From Trichosphaerium sp. ATCC 40318 (Eukaryota; Protista; Tubulinea), in NCBI GenBank assembly GCA_038496445.1, contig JALMLS010000612.1, positions 744,001-808,000 of the forward strand: a stretch of 64,000 nucleotides of DNA, written 5' to 3'. Made by a program: the position numbers and the translations under genes. The notes beneath the pieces were generated by a model, which was given only the letters and a program-made list of their open reading frames with translations, was not told the origin of the DNA and made no database searches. Shown here piece after piece: positions 39,680 to 51,673 of this stretch (position 1 is the first letter of the stretch; each line of letters starts with the position of its first letter).

Positions 39680-40976
39680 TTACAATGCATCTGCAGGGCG
39701 TCTATCATATCTAGATCCAATAAGACCTTCTTGCTCCTTCTAAAAAATTAGATCTTTCCCAGAACAAAAAATGATTGTTGGCCAAGTTTATACGTCTGAC
39801 GTACATCATTTATAGATAATTTGCCCTCTGTAGATACGTTACGACTTTTTAAAGCGTCAATGTGGTGTACTTGGTACACAATATACAATTCACGAAGTTC
39901 TGAGGCAAATGTTGCAACATACAGCAAAAATGATAAGCTTAAGCATATCTCGGCGCATGCATTGATTGTGACAAAGAGTTTTGTTAAATTTTGTGTCTTC
40001 GTGAATTGTCTAAGACATGCTACTGCAATAACTTGAAAATTAAGTCAAATACAAGTGGTATAAACAACCCTTTTGTTCAATAAAAAAAAAAGAAAAAAGA
40101 AGGAAAGAATAGAAGGTTGTGGATACATGGAATGAGTGTTAGTGTTGCAACTACCGCTATTGTACATCTCAATACTTTTAATATCCATGAAGCATATCCA
40201 AGCGCGAAGCCAAGTCGTAAATCAATGAAAATGTATATCTGCCACAATGTGTCACATTTCATGTCATATGGTTTTTCTGTTTTGATTGTTTTTTTTTTGA
40301 ATTTTTTTTTGTGAAAACAAATGCTCGTTAGGGACGTACCAATGATCCTCCAAAACAACATGCTATTGATACAACATGTGCATAGAACACAGCCTTAATA
40401 ATACAATGAGATTCTACGCCTATGATGGACGAAGAGGATAAACAACTTTCTAACCAATAAGCCGTACACTGTATTGAAATGATGCCGCACCAACGAGTGA
40501 TATAGCAACGAAGAATCCGAGTACGAGTTGAAAAAACGAAACTGACTTCAAAACTGTGAAACGCAGTTAATATTTGAGAATGGTAATTATTTGGAGATGT
40601 AGATAGTTGTAAGACAACGTACATGCGTCAGGTCTTTGTGAGAGCTTTTCTTTGTAAGCGAATAATGAGTGTAAATGTCTGTATCGACTCAAAACCATTA
40701 TAGATAGAATAAACGCTGTGACGGTGAGTCCGAGAGTGCCTATACAGCTTTCTGGTGCTTTATCAATTACGGAGCTAATGTAAGTTACATCTATTGTTCT
40801 TTTTAGTGTTTATTGATGCTGTAGAACGCACACTGATCCGATGACTTGCGATGAAACGCAATACCCCAACACGCGCCAATCGTTACGACAGGAACGATCA
40901 CTAGCATTATGGGAACCCATATCAAGCGCATACCAGACTTCCTGACAGACGCCATCCCATAATTACGGCTTGACAT
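39680..40976 (-). CDS. Frag1/DRAM/TMEM150-family membrane protein
   Basis: TYISSVIDKAPESCIG signature after first TM; several hydrophobic helices. Confidence 0.75.
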
Positions 40977-41111
40977 TTGTTAAAGTATCTCGGAGTGCTT
41001 TAAACAAGCACAACCCTACAGAATAAAAAAAGCTACACCATTTTGTGCGTTCAATCAATTTCCTCAAAAAGTCATAACTTTTTGGAACCTCCAAGAACCT
41101 ACAATTGTAAC

Positions 41112-42967
41112 ATGGACGCCGCCACTCTTCAGTCCTTCCAATGCGCTTATGTATTTCAACATGTAAGCGTTTGTTTAATTAAATTATACTCAAAGCGCAT
41201 CTAATAGGAGGCACCAGTAAATTCTATAGATTTTTTACCCAATGGGCAGAAAGTAAGCACCCAATACGCATTTCTAGGCTTGTTATTTTTAAACTAATAA
41301 TTACGCTTATTAGATGGTTGTATCAACAAATAACGCTCAAAGTACGCGTATTTCAGCATCTTTAGCCTTTCTTACGTCAGACTAGTTATAACATACGACC
41401 CAAATGATTCAGAACCTGTGTAAGACTACTTTATATTACCTTGAATCGCCATCGAGTTGTTAACGGAATGTTTTAGTGAAAAGAGAAAGTTTTTCTGTAA
41501 AACGCACGGTGTACAAAATCTAAGGCTCACACACGCTCCGAATACGGTATTTAATAATCTCAAACTTGTATGGTTCGTCCTTAGTCATATATCTATCTAG
41601 GTGCTTACAGCAACAGACCCTAACTTTGATCGCATGGGAACAGGCACGTGGTTTTAAAAGTCTGAGCTTGAGATGTGTTACTTTTGTATGACATCTGATT
41701 ACTGACTCATTGTTCATCTGTAGATGCAATTCGATATTTGTCTTTGCATGATAATACTTATTTACGCATTTTCAGAGGTCATACTGACAAGTACACGCGG
41801 TTTTTATTTTTAGACGGCTGGAAGTAACAAAAGTTTTTTAGAGTTGTTGATTTGGATGTGTCACCAGTAAAAGATACATTTATATCAGCTAGTTTAGATG
41901 AGACAGTACGGTACGAATACTGCGATTGTACTGGTCATTATATAGCTCAGTTTTACTACAGGTTCTGGGATATCAGATCACCTAGCTGTGAGGTGCAATA
42001 TGACTTATTGTGGTGGTTGTAAACGCTCACTTTTCTTTTTTATCCAGGCAATTCTCAGACGTAAAGGGCGACCTTCTATTGCTTACGGTCCTCAGGGAAA
42101 AGTTTTTGCGTTTGCCACTGGTGTAAACACTATATTGATATACAATTTGGCAGAGTTAGCAAAGGTACAAGAAAATTTGCAAGTTTTTTGCTTTAGGTTT
42201 GTTTTTTTATTTACAAGAATTAGGGACCTTTTAATACAATCACAGTTGATGCTCCTACTCAATTATCATGGGCTGGAATCAAATTTAATAATACTGGAAA
42301 GTTAATAGTTACTTGGTCTACACAAGGACACGTGTTTGTACTTAACGCTTACTCTGGAGAGGCTGTACGTTGACAGGTTCTAAAAATTGACATGATTTTT
42401 TCCTCAAATTTCCACTGGAAAGTTTCTTTTGCAACGCTGTCACGTGAAAGGTCTTAGATAATTCTAAGGTGTTCCAATTTTCTTTGAATACTGAGTCTCA
42501 AGATATAATACCTGCATTACCACAAAGCGATTTAGAATTCACACCAGATGGCAGATTTTTATTGGCTGGTAAGTTGTACACCTAGTTAAAAGTGTTAATG
42601 TTTTTTTTTGCAGGTCATCATAGTGGTAATATACAAGTACGTCATTTGTAGTTGTGACTATATATTTCATAATAATAATACCTATTCTAGGTGTGGGATA
42701 CAGTCACGCACAATAAGGTACAATAACAGAGTAGCAATACAAAGAAGTTTTTTTCTGATTTATTTTTTTAGATTGCTGAATGGACAGGACATCCTGGACC
42801 AGTTCATGCTATAAAGTTCCATCCAAAGAGCATGCTTGTACGTTGTTATATATAAAAAATTTGTAAACAGCCATACAGTTAATGACGCATTGATTTAGGT
42901 AGCAGTAGCAGACTTGAACAACACACTGGCATATTGGATTCCAGCCAAACCTCAAAATACAGAGTAG
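41112..42967 (+). CDS. WDR82: WD40 protein WDR82/Swd2 (COMPASS subunit)
   Basis: [50 protein letters not shown]. Confidence 0.9.
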
Positions 42968-43651
42968 CACGTTGTACCTTAGCTTGTATTTGTACCTTAA
43001 TATCAGTCAATAAACATAAAGTTCGCGTACATTCCACCGTTATAAAAGGCTTTTTGGTTGTGTGACATTCCTACGCGATTGAATCTTTCTTGCACACTAT
43101 GACAAAAGTTTTAAGTGTTTATTTGTTAGTAAACGATGTTGTTCGGTTTGGATAGACTTGACTTCTCAACTGCGTAGCCTACTTTTTAAACGCTACCTCC
43201 TATTTGTAGCAAGCACGTGGCTTTCTACTCTTAAAGTCACATTAATAAAGTGCGCCATTGGATACACTAATGGGATAGCTTGCAGAGTTGCACAAGGCTA
43301 CCTATGACCAACTGTCCAATACTAACACAAGTCACTGGCCCTCTTTTAAACGCAAACTTCCCTACGTCCAGGATTGATGGTACTACTGTGAGGTCCAATT
43401 ATTCATTACAGAGAACTGCTGAGGTGGTATTTTGAAGCTTGCGCACTAGGCTTTCACAACACGCAAAACCGGTGACAAGTGGCTATACAATGCCTCATAG
43501 CAGGGATAAAACGAAACAAAGGTAATAAATCATTATTAATACTCGTTTATGTTCCAGGTTTCTACCAAAACAAAATACTATCAAATATACAATAAAAAAA
43601 TAAGTCAATATACAAATTAAACGAGTCCATCTTTTGGGGGTGTGAAATAAA

Positions 43652-45890
43652 TCATGAGCTTCTCTTGTAACAACAACGTATTTCTTTTCCTCCTGGACAG
43701 ATACCGATCTTGAACTGTTTTCCATGTTGTACGCAAGTATTAACATTCATACAAACACCTTGGAATCCATATGCATAACAAGTTTGATCGTTATCGAAAT
43801 TTCCAGCATAGTAGTTACCAAAATATAATCTGGCTTCTTGGACACGACGCCAAGTAAGACCAGCTACTCTTCGTCCTCTTACTTTGTTGAATAACACATA
43901 AGCCTTGGTGAGCTTGGCTATTTAAATGGATTAGATGAGCTACATGCGCGCGGAGAACAACAAACAAAGAAAAAAGTTGGTCAGCGCACCTTCATTTCTT
44001 TCGCCTGCGTTAACCAATTTGAGCACTGTTGATGTTTTGAATTGTTTTGTACCAATGTTGAATGCAAGTGAAACTAGCGAATTAAACTGGTTTTGGTTTA
44101 ATTTTTTAGTTACGAGTGTTCTAAAACAAACATCAGCAATTTGATGAGAAAATAACGAGAAAAAAAAAACGGTGTTCGAAAAAAAAAAGTGTGAGGTACC
44201 TCACAGCATTTGAGTATAACTCAATATCAAGACGAAGAATGTCTTCAGCTTGTCTGAGGGTTATGTGATCATTTGTCATCTTGATAGCGTAATTCTTAAT
44301 AAGGTAATAAGTAAAACGGACAATCAAGATTGAGGTTAAAGAAAAAAGCCGTACATGTCCTTTTGAAGTCATTCCTTTGATGTTTTGACAATCTTGAGCT
44401 CTACAACTGTGTCCGAAACCAATGATACGTGTACCACTTACACCATAGTAGAATGATGGTACGAACTTTTCTGTTCCACGCAAAAACTTGATACCAAAAG
44501 CATCAATGTACATTCGTGCGTTAACATTAGTTTTGACTATAGGTCTGTATTGTGTCAACTCTTCTTCTTTCTTATCAAAGTCTGGTTTCGTAGATCTACA
44601 ATAAAACGAATAAGAACAAATACACAACAAGAAAAAACACGTGAGTGACTCCATAAAAAGACCAAAAACAAACAAAAAAAAACGTTCAAAAGGCGAAAAA
44701 ACCTGAAGAATAAAGATTTTCTTCTAACTTTTCTTCATAAGTTTAAACTTGATGTTACGTACTTTTTTTGTATGCAACATTGGATGTTAGAAGGACCAGG
44801 ACAAAAACCAGGAGAAGGTACTCCTTTTTTAGAATAGCAATCAGAGGTTTTAATGCAAGAACCCTTGCTGCTACCAATAGTGCAAAAACCGTAGGTTGGC
44901 GCATTTGTAGGTCTTGGCTGCCAAGGTTTTTTTGTTGGGTTTGTTGGGTTTGTGGGTTTTGTAGCGCCACCACCGCTATTATCTTCATTATCACCATTGG
45001 ATTGTGAAAGAGGGACGCAAGGAGGTTCGCGAGCAAAGCCAGATGCAGGAGTTCTGAGAATGGCATTATCTGTTTCGCCATTTTCGGTCCATAAACCGTC
45101 TACTTTGATTTGTTCATTTGGGTGGTTGTAATTCCACAATACTTGAAAAACCCTGACAGATTCACCATTAATGCGTTCGCTTGGATTAGGACGAATGGAG
45201 TAATGTGGAACATCACGTGATCCCTTCCATACAAAACCCGCATTCCTTAAAGGATCTTTGACAGAGCTACACCAGCCACAACCCACATCAATGGCCATAC
45301 CAAGCATATGGTCACTGTAACCTACTCACGTACTTAGAACACCACTAGGGAATTAAAAAAAATGATAATACGCACCAGGTCTTGCTGCAAGTGAAATGCC
45401 GCAACTTCCTTGCCAATGCCAGAACAAAACAGATTGTGGAAAAGATCGGAGTCCTTGTGTTAAAGTAAAACGACCACCAGCGGCAGTAGCTCTTCTTAAT
45501 GCTTGTGCAGCACGCGGTTGAAGCCACCTAAAGGTGGTGAGTAGAAATACAGCATCAAAGGCACATACGGATAAGCACTTTCACCAAAGGTTAGGCCTGG
45601 AACATTTGCTATGTTTTCAAATACGCCTGGGAGCCTACACAAAGTATGCTTGATGAGTTGCTCGGTCAACCCTTTGACAACTATAGAACGGCAGGAGGGT
45701 CTAGGCCTTCTAAGAGCATCTATAGCAGCATAATATTAGTATACGCTAAAAACTAATAAAACGCGTATAGCTGCTACGTACACCACCCAACGGTTCCTGA
45801 GATTAACTGCGATTGCGTAGGTAGAGCAGTAGAGAGATGCATGAAAGCTAAAAAGCAAACACACAACCCTAACGTAATAGTTGTCTGCAT
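43652..45890 (-). CDS. Secreted multidomain peptidoglycan hydrolase: M15 peptidase, PG-binding-like domain, 6-Cys module, GH24 lysozyme, 6-Cys module
   Basis: Signal peptide; GLRS, SDHMLGMAID, DVPH (M15); FQVLWN..VDGLW; GH24 motifs IGFGH, ITLRQAEDILRLD, LNQNQFNSLVSLAFNIG, GLTWRRVQEA; in-frame join across intron 44596-44762. Confidence 0.85.
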
Positions 45891-46624
45891 GCGTTGCAAC
45901 TTTCGTTTTTTCTTTTTGTTTTTGGTGGAGTGGAGACTATATTCAGTAAGCGGCGGGCATTTTTGTAAATTGAAAGTTATTACGTACTATAGCGCTACCT
46001 GATACCTTTCTACCTCACTATAGTACCTTTAGGAATTGCGCTTACAGAATTCTTCTCCCTTAACTGAGAATTATGCTTAGCTTTGTCTGGTACCGTACCA
46101 TGAAACTCAATATTAGTAGTTCGACTTATAATGTCTGAACGTTAGCTATTTCAATAAGAACTACCTTTGGTTTTTCGAGAAGAGCGAAAATAACTTATCC
46201 AAGGGTGTTGTGACAAAGTAATACCTGAAAGGTTTTCGAAACACTTTGTGCACGAAAAGTGTACTCCACTAATTATTACGAGATTTTGGCGAAATTTGGT
46301 CTTTGTTGATTTGAAATCATCGCTTTAACTTTACCCTTCGCTAGCTATTACATTGTAGACATAAAGAGTTTTGTTTTGGGCTATGACTTGGTCATAAAGT
46401 AAAATAGCTTGCTCAAAGTTGTAGGGCACAATAAATTACGCCATCCACTGCAATATATAGAAAAAAACGGAATTAAACATACACCTCAAGTGAATAAAGA
46501 AAGTTTCAATTGAAAAAGGAAACAATGTCAACATAGCTATTGTACATCTTGTTTTAGTTTACACAACCTGTATTTCCGTCATCTCACTCGTAGTGAAGAT
46601 GAAAGAAAAAAGCATAAAAGGTTT

Positions 46625-48960
46625 TTAACGGCGAAATTTTGGTAAAACTTTTACATTGCCACCTATTGTGTCACTTGGTTTGTATGCTGTACAAGGCATT
46701 TTGAAAGGTGTCATTACTTTCCTATCCGTCACAGAACCAGGTTTAAAGTAAACACCAAGTTCAAAGTTCTTTATCGCAGAAGTGGACGAAGTGTTACCCC
46801 AAGCGCTTAAAAAAAATTCAGAATAAAAAAAAAGTTATTTTGTGGGCTACTGGACGCATAGGTTTTTTGATAAAATGTATAAAATAATACTCTTGATGAT
46901 AGGTCAATGATCTCAAAGATCAAAGATACTCACAAAGCATTGTGACAGAAAGGATTTGATTTGGTTTTGCTTCTTTCTTCAAAAAAAAAACCATGGAACG
47001 AAAATCCTTAACTGCGTTCGTCTTACCTTCTAGTAAAGTTATGAGAACCAATGTAACACCATTGATCTTCATCCGAGCTATCAATGGGAAATATCACCTT
47101 GCTATGGAGTAATACTGGCTTATCGGAAATGTCTTCACATTTCATAATGCTAACAGTGTCAAGTTGATCTCTATGTAGAAAAGCGATTGCATCTCCTTGA
47201 TAAGAGTCAGTTAGATTGTAGTTTACTTATTTAAACGTACCATAAAGCCGTGTCTTTTTAACATAAGATTCAGTAGGATACACAATCTAAGATAAACATT
47301 AAAACTGCAATTGTAACAACTAATTTTTTTTTCACGAATATTTGGAAATAAAATAAAGCTAGGGTAGTAGTACTAGCTTGTAACACCAAATCTTTCGCTA
47401 AGAAGCTGGAACGACAGTCTCAAATAAAAGAGATGAAAAAGAAAGCACTTTCGAGAGCAGAGAAGAGTTTACTTTTAAAAAAATGGTACCTGAGTGTCAC
47501 CTGACTTAACACCGCAAACATTCTTTACAAATGCACGGGTCCAACTCACATTAGCTAAGCTTATTGTATTCGCCTATTATAAATAACAATTAGCTTATAA
47601 AAGCACCAAGAAGTCTGGCTTAAAAAGGTTGTACTTGGTAAAGTAAAGCTGTTGCTTTTGTGCTCTTCTTGTTTTGACTAACCAATTTTTTAAGACGAAG
47701 TGCACCATAGTTACTATCTTTAGTATCTGGTACACTACCCACTAGATTTACTTTAGCCTGAGAAAAATCGTATGTCCTAAAGGAATTCTATTAACAAAAA
47801 CATGCTGGTTTGTGTTATTTTTACAAACGTACTTTAGAAGCTTGAGATGGGATGTAGGTATCTTCATACTACCCAAAAATCGATTTAGGTAGTCAATAAA
47901 TTCGCAAGGAGATGATGTATCTGTTGGAGCACAGCGAGGAAAATCTTGATACCAAAGAACCTTAACGTCAACATCAATCTAAAACAAGCATGTACAAAAA
48001 AAAAAAAGGAGTTATTTTCTCAATCAGATATCACGTGATTTGTATCGTACCTGTCTAAGTTGTTTCCACTCGATACGTGTTAGATTGCCTGACATGATAA
48101 TTACGCGAACGCGACTAGGACAAGATGAACAACCGAAAAGAAAAAAAAAGGTGAGGATAAAAAATCGTACTCTGGGTAAAAAAGAATCAAGAACTTCGAA
48201 TGCACTAATCCCTTTACAAATAATACTCTCCAAGAAGCACTACCACTAACGTGTTTAGGTACTCCCGTTATGCGATTGAATTGTAATTCATCTGTGATGC
48301 CACGAATGATGAGTAAGTCTTCGCTTAAACGAAAGAAACTCTGTAAATCGCGATAATCATCCAGCATCCCAGAGGCAATTGCACAATCCAATTTTTCCTT
48401 TTTAGATTGTAAGAACGCAAGCAGCCTTTGGATAGTATGTTCTACCGTACATGATCAATGAGGGATACGAGATCTAGGCGATTTGGTATTGTTACATCGT
48501 TTTCTCCTATAATATTCATGCAAGGGCCGCTACCCGACCAACAGCGGTTTTCAACCTTTTTTGTAGATTGGCTTGAGTTACTACACCTGTCAGAATTGGA
48601 GACAAGTGTCGTTACGCACGTAAGCTTCGCTCTTTTTGCTGTGGCTGGTGTATTATTAAATTGAGCGTGCTTTTGTTTGCGAATAAGGCGTAATTGCTCA
48701 AAAGGTGACAGCTTGGTAGTTAATGGCTCAATTGGTGGTGCTGTGTCACGTACAGGCACTATACAAATTGTTACATTGTTACACGAATTTGTAGCGTTAC
48801 CGTTATTCTCGTCTGCGAAACTCTCAAGGGATAGCTTTATAGCCTCCTGTAGAGCAGCATCTTCGTTGTCAGAATCAACGAGGTCAATGCTGTAAAATAC
48901 GATTACTTAGAGGTATGTAGGCTGTAATACGCACAAGTTACGCCTATTTACTGTTGACAT
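46625..48960 (-). CDS. TDP1: Tyrosyl-DNA phosphodiesterase 1 (3' end approximate)
   Basis: Two HxK..N motifs (VHSKFLIL..SGNL; LHSKVI..GSHNFT), WYQDFP, SAWG, KNFELGV. Confidence 0.92.
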
Positions 48961-49165
48961 TCTTAACGCGGGAGAAGACAACTGAGTGTTTAAGTTTGTG
49001 CAGTCCTTAACAGTAAATTTTTTGACACGTGATACCTTTCACTGTTTCCATAGCGCCTCCATAAGTTTAACATCCATATTTCAGTGCTATTGTCTTCATT
49101 TTTAGTTGCAAGTGCGAGCAAGTATGTTTGAAACTCAAAAAATTTATATGCTTCGAAATCAACAT

Positions 49166-51407
49166 TTACAAAACTTTTATTCGCTTGCTTGTGAATTTGA
49201 TATTATTGTTCAACTTAAATGCAGCGTTTTCTTTACATAAGAATGGACCTTTACAACCAGCTTGCCTCTTTGTCAGCTTAAACAGTGCCTTTCTTATTAC
49301 TTTAATATCAAGATTTGTGCCCTTCTTCAGATCAGCAAAGTTATGTGTTTCTTCGTCTTCGAATAGGCATAAAACAATCATAATCGAAGTGGTTGTTACT
49401 AAAGTACATTTTTGATTTTGCCCCAAGTCTACCTACAGCCACGAGATGAGTAAAACAAAGAAAACATGCGCAAGAACAAATTCAATGGTTGAAGTCAAAA
49501 AATCATACCTGAATTTCACAGTTTCCGTACTGAGGAACTACACAAGTTTTTCTACCTGCATTTTGATTCTCATAGAAGGTTTTGAACTTATGCCATTGTT
49601 GTGCGGCATACAAGGGAAGTATTGGTTTCGATGCAATCAACTGAAGATTAATTGCAACAGACTTATAAATATTCGCTTCAGAAGTGTCTGTTAGGAGACT
49701 ACCCGCAGGCCACACATGTCCAGTTACAACCACGAAGTTAACAGGTAATTTAGACACACTGCCCTGATAAACAAGTTAATAAACAATAAAGGAGAACCAA
49801 AACACATGACTAGAAGAATTCTTTTTTCATAAAATGGCATGTGCTTTGAAACAAGTACCTTGTATTCGTTCATTGTGTGAGATGATATTACAATATCTTT
49901 ACGCATATCATTCAGTTTGTTGCTCAAACCATCGAAGCCTTCCTAACACAAAGGATTAAAAATACTGTACGTTGTCGTCATAAACTCACACTTTTAAATC
50001 TGTCAATGAAAGCAATCTCATACATTTCTTTGGATGTTCCTTCAAGTAATCTCCGTCCAAAAAAGCTTACGTACTCCGACTCAAACACTCTCGTGTCTGG
50101 CATAAGCAGGACACTTTGTACACTTTTCTGTATGACATCACCTACACGTGATTAAATAGACGTTAATCCATAGTCCGAATAATCCTTACTTGCTTGAGTT
50201 TCGGATAGTTTTTTGAACTGTGCAACAAAGAGATGATGAATATAAACTACAAGGAGTTTTGAACGCTCTCCAGTTGAAAACAAGTATCCAAGCCCTTGAA
50301 CTACTGCATTTCTACAACCTTGTGTATCCCCTGGGCTCACCAATCCGCAAGAATCGAGTATACCGTAACATTCTTGTATCAAGGTAAACGCTTTGTTGAT
50401 GTAATTTACAGCGACCTTGTAAATTGATGTGTCAATATTCTCTTGTATTCAAGAAACTGTACCTGTACGGATTTGGGCTTATCTTTGAGCTCCTCTGAGA
50501 GAGTTAATGCTTTTTGTTTAACGTGCTCGTACAACGCAAGTCTTAGCATACATAAGATACGTCTCTCACTGCATAGACGTAACGCAATCTTACGAATGGC
50601 TATTTGGTGTTAATTTTTTAACAAGTATTTATCACGTGTAGTTGTAACCGTACCTAGCCAATCCTGTTTCTCAAACGAAGTTTCGCAATGATAAAAGAGT
50701 GAATTAGCATGTTGTGCAAGTGCTTGGTTTACTAGACTTTGGACACCATCGAAGGGCCTCAAGCCAACAATTTTTGGTGTGAGCATGCGTCTCATTCCAT
50801 GTGCTTTGTTCTGTTGTACAAACTTGTTAAAAAAACATTAAACTTGAAACTCGTGCCTCCATTGATGTTGTTTTGAATATTGTTTTTTCAAAAGCGTGTA
50901 GTTGTAGCATAAAGTTTGGGTTTGGATCAACTGAAGGCCTTCTCATCTAAAACATGGTAAGTAGTGAGGTATCGCGATAAAATCACCTTGACATGTCTGT
51001 AGGCTTCGGTTAACGAGCATTTCATATTTTTCATTAAATACGCAATTACAATCGATGAAGACCTTGATTTTCCTGATTTACAATGCACTAGGCATCCCAG
51101 GCCTGCAGTTCGAGCTTTTTCTACAAAGTGTCAGTTCAAATAACAGTAAACGCTTACCTATAAGATTACAGCACGCGTCGAAGTACTGGAGTATGTCTTG
51201 TTCTTTTGTATCATATACACAAGCATACATGTACGTAAAGCTCTTAACTTCGCTAAGGAAATGGTTTTGGCATTGAGGGTAGCCCATATTGATAATATAA
51301 CGAATATTTTGTGCTACAAGCTGATCCTTTGCGCAACAGTTATACTCATCGCCCAGATACAAGTTTGGAAGTATGTATGAAGCCGGTGGCGACTCCTCTA
51401 CTTCCAT
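49166..51407 (-). CDS. Dual-specificity phosphatase fused to truncated cullin
   Basis: ILPNLYLGD, VHCKSGKSRSSSIVIAYLM, PNPNFMLQL, then cullin-like motifs VFESEYVSFFGRRLL, KLNDMRKDI, FKTFYENQNAGRKL, FKLNNNIKFTSKRIKV. Confidence 0.75.
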
Positions 51408-51673
51408 GTTAGGCTCACCAAGTACAATACAATCACTTATTCAATAGTAACTTAACGTTCGAACTTGAAACGTGCGCGTCAAAATTTGTGAAATGTCACG
51501 GACAAGCGAGATAGGCAAAGTGTATAAAGCAAACAACATATTAATTTATGTACAACTTGTTGATACAACAGTGCATTATTGGTGTTTTTAGGCTAAATGT
51601 TAAGCATGCTGAGGTGCATAAAACACGCCAAACTGATGTGAGAACAAAATCTTCCTTAGCACTAAAGTGCTGT

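Noticed and set aside
43340-43370. GGGAAGTTTGCG on the minus strand resembling RNase P CR-I
   Set aside because: No complementary CR-V partner found downstream
11999-51407. F-box genes plus the cullin fusion as a clustered ubiquitin-ligase system
   Set aside because: They are far apart with unrelated genes between, and the cullin lacks the Skp1-binding N-terminus
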